From Balanoglossus misakiensis (Eukaryota > Animalia > Hemichordata): a DNA stretch of 64,000 bases. Below the pieces are notes generated by a model. That model was not told where the DNA came from. It ran no database searches and saw nothing but the letters and a program-made list of their open reading frames with translations. A program made the position numbers and the translations under genes. The DNA lies in assembly GCA_040954595.2 (NCBI GenBank), contig CM082585.2:7589808-7653807 (forward strand), read 5' to 3'. Numbering within the stretch: position 1 is the first letter of the stretch; each line of letters opens with the position of its first letter. Below are positions 53,963-64,000 of this stretch, in pieces.

Positions 53963-56188
53963 TTAGCTTCGCTCAAAGTACATGAAATCCTGCAAGAAAA
54001 ATAATCGTGTGTTTAGTCATTTCGGTACCACTAATTATTTCAACACTGTAGGTCAATAATAAGGGCCCCCAGATCGGAGGCTTGAAAAATAACCGATATT
54101 CGTATCGCCGGGGAAGGAAAAACTTGAAACTTACGATCAGAAAGACTGCGCCAATCATCACGGCTTTCATCTTCACGTCGAGGTCCATGGGAACTGAAAA
54201 TGTAGCGTACAGAGACATTGGTCTATGCATCTACTTTTCAGCGAAAGAAATCAGTTAAGTTGGACAGACTCAGGGAATACTACAAGCAAATTAATATCTT
54301 CTGAATGCATGTCTGTATCATTCTGTTTAAACTATCTCAAAATGGACAACACTCACATGTTATGCCAAACTGATCAGCGTCTGTAAAAAACTCGGTGCCC
54401 AATCCCGACCACTGCTTAGCCACTCTACCAACAGTGGCTGACTTATCCAGCGTTTTTACCTAAAAATATCAAAACGGTGACTTTTGAATCGAATTTCTGC
54501 CCGTGGAAATGAAAAGATCACCCAAATCACTTTAGACGAGGCATTTGGAAAGTATATACAAGTCGTCTTCCTCGTTGCCAGGGTGACGCGACATTTACTC
54601 ACATCGAAATTGACGTCACTGCAACAACGACACTGGAGGCAGGGACCATCCACTTTGAGAACCGTCTCGTCTTCCGCGTTGCGAATGTCAAATCTCGGGA
54701 AGAGCAGACTCCACCTAAAATCGAGCAGAAACAGTACTTTTTATAATTATTCACCGTTTCGGTCAGATATTTTAATGATGAATCGGTAACCATACGAAGT
54801 CAAAATGTTACATGAAACCACGATTCCGAGTGAAAATCTGTGATTGGCCAGATCTAAGTTTTCCCTGAGTGAAACGTACGTTTGGTGTATCCCTCCGAGG
54901 TGCACCCCGTCCGCCGTGGAGACATGTAGTTCCATGAGACAGCAAAAACAGCAGCAGCCCTCGCAGCGGTACGGTCGTTTAATCGTTAACACCTCCCTCT
55001 CGGAGTTGTCAGTCACGTGCATGGTGTACGGTCTCATGCGTCCGCAACACTGGCGGTTCCAAAATCCGGTGTCTGCAAAACAAAATATATGAGACACTTT
55101 TGTAGTTCGGTTTGTCATTAGGGCAGTGACAATCTGCCTCGGTTGATCAAAATCAATGCGTTTTAAAACAAAATGCAATGAAATGTAAGCGACCTACATA
55201 TTACTGAGTGGAGTCGCAAAAAACGACACTTACCCTCTTTTACATAGTAAATCTGTTGTCCCATAGAATTGCAAAGTCGGTACTCATTCGCCCATTCACA
55301 GCCACAAAATACTGCAACAGAAAGTAATGGTATTTTAAAATAAATTCAGAAGTTATTCGTTGATCCTAACCGCTATTAGTATATCTGACAGTGTATTGTT
55401 TTTTTAATACTAAAATTATAATTTTGAGCGATTGGGGCGATGGGGTTGTTGCTATGAACCAGCCGTTGCTATAAGAACTCCAGGATGTTTACTTTCCTCG
55501 TTTGGCCGTAACTACCTATACCACCCAACTGTTAGCACGAATTGCAAAGTTTAATCTACAGTGAGATGAAATCAATGAGTGACCCGGAGATTAAGACCGT
55601 GACCTTTCAGGGGTCATTTCCAGATAATCTGCATGACAAGATACTACTGAGGGGCCGGGTCACGTGACTGCGGCTCACAGCGCAGACAAGAAAATCTGAT
55701 TTTCTCTTCCTTCACGACGAACTGTTGTAGCAACATGCGCGCCATGCAATCTTTTTATACATGCGACACGGAAAACTGCTAGAGATAATTCTGAGTTGCA
55801 TCAGTATGAAAGAAGATATTAGGATCGTTTTATATTTTTATACGTTTTATAGTTTTGGTTTTATGATCACAATTTACGAGTCCAAACATGCAAGTAAAAC
55901 AAACCTTACACGCCACGCCTCAGGCCTAAAACATTCACAGATATGCAAATAGTTCTTCTTACTTTCGGATACCTGTCGTTTCTGGTACACCAATATCTGG
56001 TCGATTTGAGTCAGGTACTCCAGGCCCGGCGGGCAGCCCGGCGGTGCAACTTGGGCCATGGGCGTCATGGGGACGCCATATTGGTTTTGAGTGAAGCCGC
56101 CGTACGGCTGTGTCGTCACCGCGGCCGTCTGCACCTGTCCCGGGTACTCCGCGCCCTCCTGTGTTTTGTCTGTGTCGTCATAATCCAT
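53963..56188 (-). CDS. PLSCR: Phospholipid scramblase (PLSCR family), ~7 coding exons
   Basis: PPGCPPGLEYLTQIDQILVYQ, WNRQCCGRMRPY, Cys-rich CEGCCCFCCL, VLKVDGPCLQCRCCSDVNFD, KQWSGLGTEFFTDADQFG, PMDLDVKMKAVMIGAVFLI/DFMYFERS*. Confidence 0.92.
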
Positions 56189-56693
56189 GCTGGTCAGTGT
56201 CAAGGCCCAGGCGTATGTTTTTCCCGCTCTAATCGCAGATCCCTTTGTTCCTGTAAGAAATGTCTGGACTGTCTATCCCTATAGTGACATGGCGTTCTCT
56301 GCCTTATCATTAACCAACAAAGTTAAAGTGTAATGATCGCAACGGACTATCTGGCACAAAAATGCCATGATAACCACGTACTTATGACTCAGGATTTGCA
56401 AATTCAATGACGCACTGCACATGGAAGATAGCGACACTGAAGCAGGAAACCCGGAAAATCGATAATAACTGATCACGCTCTTATTATGTTGTAAACTTTT
56501 TATTCTAGAAAGAAGCCATAGTTTTAGGTCGAAAAATTACTCCGATGTAATGAAGTATTTTAACAATCGATTGCTGTATGTAATGTCTTCGTGTTTATCA
56601 TTTGGGATTCACTGTATTTTTGAATGACAGTTTTCTTGGTGTGGCATGATGAGATGATAAGAAAAAGTTGCTGTTTTTACGTGCATTTTGAGA

Positions 56694-58920
56694 TCATGCC
56701 AATTCGCTTCTTTTTCTCATTTCAACTTTTCTGACGAACTCTCTGAAATCCTGGGCTACTAGATGAGGCACTTGAAAAACGGGAAAGTGTCCGCCCGTGT
56801 CCACTCGGTTGTAACTGACCAAATCCTTGAAGAAGTACTTCGCCCAAGCCTCCGGAAGGCGACACAGTTCGTACTTGAACGTCACGATGCCGACTGGTGT
56901 TGTCACTTGACGGCTGAAAAAAACGCAGGAAAGCAAAATATTAGTAACAGCGTTAAAAATGATGTCATCTACTTTCAAGTATACATTATAAAATATTTTA
57001 TCTTTTAGTTTCATACGAAGCTTGAATTGGCCCAGAAACGCGTTGCTACGGTGATTAACCAAGTCTCGCGAGATCTCGCAACGTGCCGGAAGTCATCTAT
57101 CGTTTGGCGTATCTGAGAAAGATATAATCACGCAGAAATACTGACGTCATTGGGTCTGCCAGTGTCCTGTGGTTGCACTCCCTGTAGTATCTCATCGACG
57201 ACACAACATTTCCACTGACCCAGTAGATCATGATGTTGGTCAAGAGGTCATCCATACTGAAGTGGATGTTGAAGCCGCCGTCGTCCAGATCGAGATACGC
57301 TGGGTTGGTCCACGCCACGTACTTCTCCAGAATGTAGGCGGCCAGTCCAATGGGAGAGTTATTCAGGCCATAGCCTGCAGGTGATTGAAAAGAGAAGATT
57401 GGTGTGTTTAATACACTGTCACTGACACACAAGACTACTGATTTTGATGTCCAGAAGAAACACTACCCTGGAAATTATTACAGACTAGACAGATAGTTAA
57501 ACAGTACGAGACTGGTCGTGTCACGTGTCCTGTTCACCAACTGACCTAACAAATCCGGCCGTTGCGATTGCACGTTCAAATATCCGCCCTCAACGAATCG
57601 GTAAGCGACGTACTGAGATACGGGTACCAAGGGATAGAAGTCTTCCTTGTCCCACACGAGCGACGGGAAAACGCTCGCAACCGCCCACTGCAGTACTTTC
57701 ATCGGCGGCTGACCGAAAGGCATGTTGGTATGATAGCCTAGAATGTGACTGAAAGAAAATATGGCAGTATGAGGGCGATTTATTTCCCTTTCTCATTTGT
57801 GAGAATGAACTCGAACATTTTACCACCCTCTCCGGCGAATCAGCAGAAGCGCATCGACAAGGAAGTTCATCTGGCCAGAAGAATACTATATTCATACATT
57901 TCACTGTGTACACACAGTGGTCAAACATCATACAAACTATATCAGAAATAATAAGTACATTTATAACTCACCTAGGCTGGATGTACATAAGTGCCACGCC
58001 AATCACAGACCCCCAGTCACCACCTTGGAAGTAGTACTTATCGAATCCAAGCCGAACCATCAATTTGTCAAAAATTCTTGCAGTCTCGTAACAATCATGA
58101 CCTGTCATTAAGGGTATAATATTCAGGTCAGATACTGCGCGATACATACATACATACATACATACATACATACATACATACATACATACATACATACATA
58201 CATACATACATACATACATACATACATACATAAATACATACATACATACACACAAACAAACAGACAGACAGACAGGCAGACAGACAGACAGGGCATTCAT
58301 GACGTACCTTTGTGGTGTGGAGCCTCAGACAGCCCAAAGCCAGGAATCGATGGAATGACTAACTCGAAAGCATCGTCTTCGGTACCACCGTGATTCAACG
58401 GATCGGTCAGCACCGGTATGAGCTTGTAGAACGCAACGAAAGAGCTCCCCCAGCCATTGACCATGAGGGCGACTTTGCTCCTCCTCTCCGCGTTCGCCAC
58501 TTTGGGCTTCACGCGGATGAAGTGGATGTCGATCCCTTCGATGTTCGTCAGGAAGTGGTCGTATTGGTTGAGATATCGCTCCTGCTCCCGCCAGTCGTAC
58601 GAGTGCCTCCAGTACTCGAGCACCTCCTTCAGATATCCCGAGTTGAAGCCGTAGTGGAACTTCGTGCCTTCGAGCGATTCGAACAACCTGCTCCGGTTCA
58701 GCCTGGCTTGCAAGTCCAAGAGAACGGAATCGTCGACGCTGATTCTGAACTGTCGCACGGACGTGTCGGCTTCTTCGCCCGTCCCCGGTCTGTCTCCTTT
58801 CCCCCACCACCCGTCGCCGTACGGCATCGGTTCCCGACCATCGGACCAAAACCCACCAAAATATATAGCGGTAGCCAAGGCGACGGCGAAAAAGACGAAA
58901 ACCCCCACTTTTCGGCCCAT
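56694..58920 (-). CDS. EPHX1: Microsomal epoxide hydrolase-like, copy A (HGWP motif altered to NGWG)
   Basis: N-terminal anchor, DGWWG, YGFNSGYL, EGIDIHF, MVNGWGSS, PSIPGFGLSEAP, QGGDWGS nucleophile, SPIGLAAYILEK, LLTNIMIYW, SMRYY, GGHF; 5 exons; stop at 56694. Confidence 0.9.
57042..57082 (-). repeat. Reverse copy of the 41-bp TCTCGCGAGA repeat in an EPHX1-A intron
   Basis: Reverse complement of 51055-51095 with 2 mismatches. Confidence 0.8.
58141..58290. repeat. (CATA)n/(CAGA)n microsatellite
   Basis: Tandem CATA then CAGA units in an EPHX1-A intron. Confidence 0.95.
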
Positions 58921-59596
58921 GATGGCGAGGAGGGAAGTAATCTAGCAAGAATCGAGTGAAGTGGTGTCGGGTAGATTTTAGACAAATATCGCTCGACACG
59001 AATCCAGCGCTAATTTGATTGGTATGTTCCACCAGCTCCAACGAAGAGGGCAAATTTACATATTCGGGATCTGTGAAGGTACCGTTACATATATTGGGCG
59101 GCCTTCCGGTGGCACGGGCCATCGACATAGTTCGATTTGCATGTCACGCTGTCCTCAGGGTGCGGGCACACATCACATGCACACTATTATTCAGAGCTTG
59201 CAAGAAGCTGGGCGTACTTCATGGTGTATAGCCCCTGTCTTTTTGGCGTTCGCTAAGAATAAAACGCGACCTTTAGCCGACGCACCCCGATGTCACCAGC
59301 ATAAAATGATGCAGGGTATGGCGACCGATGACTCGACAATACGTAAAACACCATCTGGGTCTTTTTTCATCATTTCAATGTGGATATGCACGACCCCCCT
59401 CAGTGACTCAGCAACTTTGGGCGACTGTCCCATGAAGCCTATCGCCAGGATGGATTGCACGTATATTAGGAGAAAAATCTACAACTGTGACGTCACCAAA
59501 ATGGCCATTTATTTCTCTGTTGAATGACATAGCCTTTAAATATTGGTGTGAATTACAAAAGCAGCAACCTATATCTGTTGTCATGGAAATTCTTTT

Positions 59597-60027
59597 TCAC
59601 TTGCTGACGTTTCGTCTTTGCATCATCTGTTTAACCGCCTTCCTGATGTCTTCGACCAGTAGCGTTGGTTCCTCCAAGGCCGCAAAGCGCCCTCCCCTCG
59701 GCAATCTGGCATAGCTGACCAGTTCTGGGAAGATCTGCCTGGCCCAAGTCTTTGGCAAGCGAATCAGTTCGTGCTTGAAAGCAGCGATGGCCATGGGCAC
59801 CGTGACTTTGCAGCTGAAAAAGTCCAAAGTGAAAGGCAACTATCACGGCCCTGTTCGTGCAATGTTGTCAGGCGAAATCCCGCAGTTCAACAGTTCTGCA
59901 ATGTATTTCTTGCATTCGAATCGGGCAGTGATGCACGGTGTTGTAGGTAGCCCTCTGTCTGTCTGTCTGTTTGTTTGTCTGTCTGTCTGTCTGTTTGTCT
60001 GTTTCCCCTCTCTTCTCTGTTTCTCTG

Positions 60028-60077
<50 letters not shown>

Positions 60078-61825
60078 CCCAAAATGTTAAAAGAGATAAA
60101 ATAGTTGTACTCACTTTGTTGGCTCATAGAGTGCCTTTGGCAGTGTTTCCTTATACAGTCTTAAAGAAGGACCAATGTTTTCATTCACCCAGTAGATCAT
60201 TATGTTGGTCAACAGTTCGTCCAATGTGAAATGTTTCTCCAGGTCACCGTGAGGGGAGTTCGTCCACATTGCAAACTGTTCTATGACGTATGAAGCCAAG
60301 CCGAGCGGGGAATCGTTCAGCACGAAGCCTGTAGAAACGGCAGCGGACAACAATAATTATATTAGCATGCAATTGCAAACGCTCTTGTATTCTAATGTTC
60401 AAATGCATTTGTGGATGTTTTCGTTTCACGCTTTGCTTAAATGTGCATATGCAGACAAACACACAGGCAGGCATACAGACGACACAAGGATGGGTATATT
60501 GGGACAGACAAACGGTCTGAGTCGAAAATGACACACGTAGATAACAGCAATATAACAGCACAATGCTTAGTTACGTGACTGGACTGAAATTACAGTGTAG
60601 TTTCGAACCTGGGGTGTCCGGTCGTGTCATGTGGAAATGAGTGTACGACACCATCGGGAACAGTCGCTTCGCGCGTCCGGAAAGAGGAAACACGTACTCC
60701 ACGTCTTCTTGGTCCACCACCAACGTAGGGAATAGACTTCCTATGGCCATTTTTATAAGATAATTCGATGGCAAACAGAACGGGGTGTTGGTATGGAAAC
60801 CTAACACGTGGCTAGTAAAATATGAAAAAAAGAGGATGGAAATTCAGTGCTAAAAATCCATGCAGACAGACAGGCAGACAGACATATCTTTCATTTTGTA
60901 TACTCATTTTGTAAATTGTTAAATCAAAATCTAACCCACCTTGGCTGGATACGACTAAGGTAGTTGCCGATGATGGACCCGAAGTCACCGCCGTGGATGT
61001 AAAATTTGTCAAATCCAAGTCTCGTCATGAGTTTGTCGAAGACGCGAGCCGCTGCCAGAGCATCGAAACCTATGGGGGAAGAGAAACGATACTTGATATT
61101 ATCTTTTTTTCATATAATATATCTGAAGACTTATGGATAGCTTCATCACCATTCCCCATATACACCGATGACGCTGACATCATACCGTTGTCCCGGTAAC
61201 CTTTTTTATACGTGCCTTGTTTGTGCGGTGCTTCAGAGAATCCAAAACCCGGTATGGAGGGACAGATCACCTCAAACGCGTCGTCCTCGCTCCCTCCGTG
61301 GTTCAGGGGGTCAGTCAACATGGGGATTATTTTGTAGAACTCGAAGAAGGAGCCCGGCCAACCGTGAACCAAGAGTAGCGGTCGTCTGGCGTTCTCCCCG
61401 GAGTCTCTCTTCGGTTTGGCGTGGACGAAGTGCACGTCTATTCCCTCGATGACGGTCATGTAGTGATCGAATCCGTTCAGAAGTCGTTCTTGCTTGCGCC
61501 AGTCGAACCCGCCTTTCCAGTACCGGGCCACGACGTCCCCGACGTACTCCGGGTCGACGTGGTACAGGCTCGGCGAATCTTCCAGGGGTTCGAATAGTCT
61601 GGCGGTCAGGTTCAAGCGCCAGCTCAAGTCCGCCAGGACGTCGTCAGCGACTCGTATTTCGAACTCCCGGACGCTGGCGTCTCCCTCGCCCGCGGGTTTT
61701 TCTCCGACGCCCCACCACCCGTCGCCGTACACGGCATCAGTCGGCGGAGACGCAAGAAAACCACCCAGATACAGGGCGATCGCCGTGGTGGTAATAAACA
61801 CGGTGACTTTTATTTTCCGACCCAT
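59597..61825 (-). CDS. EPHX1: Microsomal epoxide hydrolase-like, copy B (catalytic His replaced by Arg)
   Basis: DGWWG, LLVHGWPGSFFEFYK, PSIPGFGFSEAP, HGGDFGS, DSPLGLASYVIE, LLTNIMIYW, SLRLYKE, GGRFAALEEP; same intron positions as copy A. Confidence 0.88.
60030..60073. repeat. (CT)n microsatellite
   Basis: About 22 CT units. Confidence 0.95.
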
Positions 61826-62601
61826 CGCAGTTGTCTGTCAGTTGAAATAGAATCACAGTATTATGGGAAAAATGTACAGCACAATCTACTGCTAGAACAG
61901 ATGTGAATGGCATGGATAAGGCAGTGGGTGACAAAGGTGGTCGCTCGGAGTGACAGCTACCAGCAAAAACACACGTTCCGATCAGAGACACCCACATGCA
62001 AGCTACCATATGGCATGGGGATTATGTACATGTACAGCGTCGAACAACCACTTTCTATTTGAATTGTGCCGCTATTGACATAAAGTGTGGGGTGAAGAAA
62101 GTGCAGATTAGGCCTATAAGCATCACGATCGCATCTCTTTTCGAAAAAGTACCGCTTATATTTTTAATGATAATATTAGGACAACATTTAATCAGAATGG
62201 AAAATCTGAAGGTACTTTTATAACACCTAGAAGAAATAGAAAATTGACAACGATTTCTGTTTTGTTTAATATCTTCTCGAAACACATTTTTGTGCCTATG
62301 AACCAATGTTTGCATTTGTGACATGTTCATATACTTTTCAGCACTAGGTGGCGCTCTGCAATTCTCTCGGGAGGACGATGCTGACTCGGATTTACTTTCG
62401 GATTTTGCCGTCCGTGCCAAAAAAATGTCATACGTTTCATAAAGCGGTCTACTTTTATCACAGTGTTTTTATACTACCGAATAAAAAAATCGATGGTTGT
62501 TCGAAAATGCATAACTTCGTTCAGTTACACTAAACCGAAAATGGATCCGAAAGCGAATCTGAGTCTAACGTCGTGGCGGGCGGTCTGTCATGGCGGCGCT
62601 T

Positions 62602-63027
62602 TAGTCTCGGTTACCCAGAGCCCTCTGCTTCTTCCGTTAGGCACTCCAGAAAGAGGGTCTGGGGAAACCCGGTAGACAAACCGTCAGGCGGAATCGGGAC
62701 AGCTGCGATGCATGACGGGAGATTAATATTCGATACGATATTATGATATGTCGATATTAGAAAACTATTTACCGAACTTCTCTCTCTCTTTTCAATTTGT
62801 ATACAGTTTTAGCAGGTCTAGCACTTCTCAGCATGTTTTCTTTATCGTATGTCATATATGTCGGCCGTGGGTTCGCGCGCAGGACGTCGCCATTTTGGAA
62901 TATTAATCTCCCGTCATGCATCGCAGCTGTCCCGATTCCGCCTGACGGTTTGTCTACCGGGTTTCCCCAGACCCTCTTTCTGGAGTGCCTAACGGAAGAA
63001 GCAGAGGGCTCTGGGTAACCGAGACTA
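62602..63027. mobile_element. Non-autonomous DNA transposon (426 bp) with 130-bp TIRs, TAG...CTA ends and a 10-bp TSD; AcademH-like
   Basis: TIRs 62602-62731 and 62898-63027 read as perfect reverse complements; flanked by the direct repeat GGCGGCGCTT (62592-62601 and 63028-63037). Confidence 0.9.
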
Positions 63028-64000
63028 GGCGGCGCTTCTGTTGTTACTGGTACTGATATTGTTTGATTGTACCATTTCAGAACGTGGTATTGCGGCAACT
63101 ACTACTAAACCAACTTCTTCATTGGTATGGCTGACATCATGTATAATTCATAAGGAACTCAGGTGGCTGCTTAGGACTCGTATGACGTATTCCCTACCAG
63201 TGGCTGACTAGGGGTGGGGGACCAACTACAGAGCTCAGCTGTGGCCAGCAACACTTGGAAGCACATGGGAATGGTAAGTAAGTAATTTCAGAGTTCTAAG
63301 AATCCACGTGGCTTGGGAGGTCCCCATGCCCAAAATAGGCATACCTTTGCCAGTGAAGTTGATGAACCATACCATGAGTATGATAACTATGGCAACGGTA
63401 TACGCTTCCTGGCCCTATAATTTTACGTGCTTTGGTGTACCCCATATACGAGACGAAAATGCCCAAGTGACCAAAATTCACGAAGTCATGAATTTTATCA
63501 TTTAATGACTTTCATGAGCTGTAGATAATGAAATATGTCAAAAAGTCACCAATTCTCGACTTTGTGAATGTTGGTCGTTTTGGCATTTTTAAACATATTT
63601 CATGAGCTATAGCTTTTTTGGGAATGAAAGTATAGAGTAAATCATAGTCATCGTCACTCATTCTTGTCTTCACACAAAACATCACACCAATGATGGTAAT
63701 TTATTTTTATTTCATTTTATTCCATTTTCTATAAAATCATGACAAAACCAGAGTGTTGAAATTTGACTTGTGTTCACTTTCTGTTCTAGGTCTATCTGTG
63801 GGATAACAATGAAGCTGTCATCGAATGGTCCGGCCGGATCACACCACTGAAGAGAGAAGTTGCTCTTGTTTCAGAGACTGTTATAAAATTTTCGGACAAA
63901 AGGCGCTAAGTATGCTCAATTCAAGTTTAGAAGCCTATGTTCAATTTAAGTTCAGAAGGCTAATTAAACAATTATCACCTATAACTTTTATGGTGACCCT

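Noticed and set aside
58325-59128. 267-aa and 189-aa ORFs overlapping EPHX1-A exon 1
   Set aside because: Alternative-frame and antisense shadows of a GC-rich coding exon.
62769-63098. 109-aa and 73-aa ORFs over the inverted repeat
   Set aside because: They lie in the MITE terminal repeat and show no transposase features.
63190-63910. Possible plus-strand exons (donor ATG|GTAAGT at ~63272, acceptor TTCTAG at ~63789)
   Set aside because: Splice-like signals only, with no recognisable protein; may be the 5' end of a gene beyond the window.
1-64000. tRNA, rRNA or prokaryotic operon and defence systems
   Set aside because: None seen; the window is spliceosomal-intron-containing animal DNA.

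Overview
Intron-rich animal genomic DNA; the gene set, microsatellites and MITEs suggest a marine invertebrate, possibly a deuterostome (inference only). Genes were rebuilt by hand from GT/GC-AG sites and reading-frame phase. In order: the 3' half of TMTC4 (+), AKAP14-like (-) head-to-head with CDC16/APC6 (+), a small MGCGSS-start protein (-), RHBDD1 (-), a ~1,300-aa DEG/ENaC channel (-), a secreted multidomain lipase (-), a phospholipid scramblase (-) and two tandem EPHX1-like genes (-). Strongest oddities: (1) the DEG/ENaC subunit carries LDLa x3, F-type lectin x3, PAN/apple and LDLa modules spliced in frame into its extracellular loop; (2) one gene joins two mini-lid lipase domains, two WSC domains and two Cys-rich repeats; (3) TMTC4 has a duplicated pair of 115-nt exons that must be mutually exclusive, with an RNA stem between them; (4) the two EPHX1 copies have different active-site lesions. 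Several non-autonomous DNA transposons are present. Family assignments rest on recalled motifs; no database search was run.
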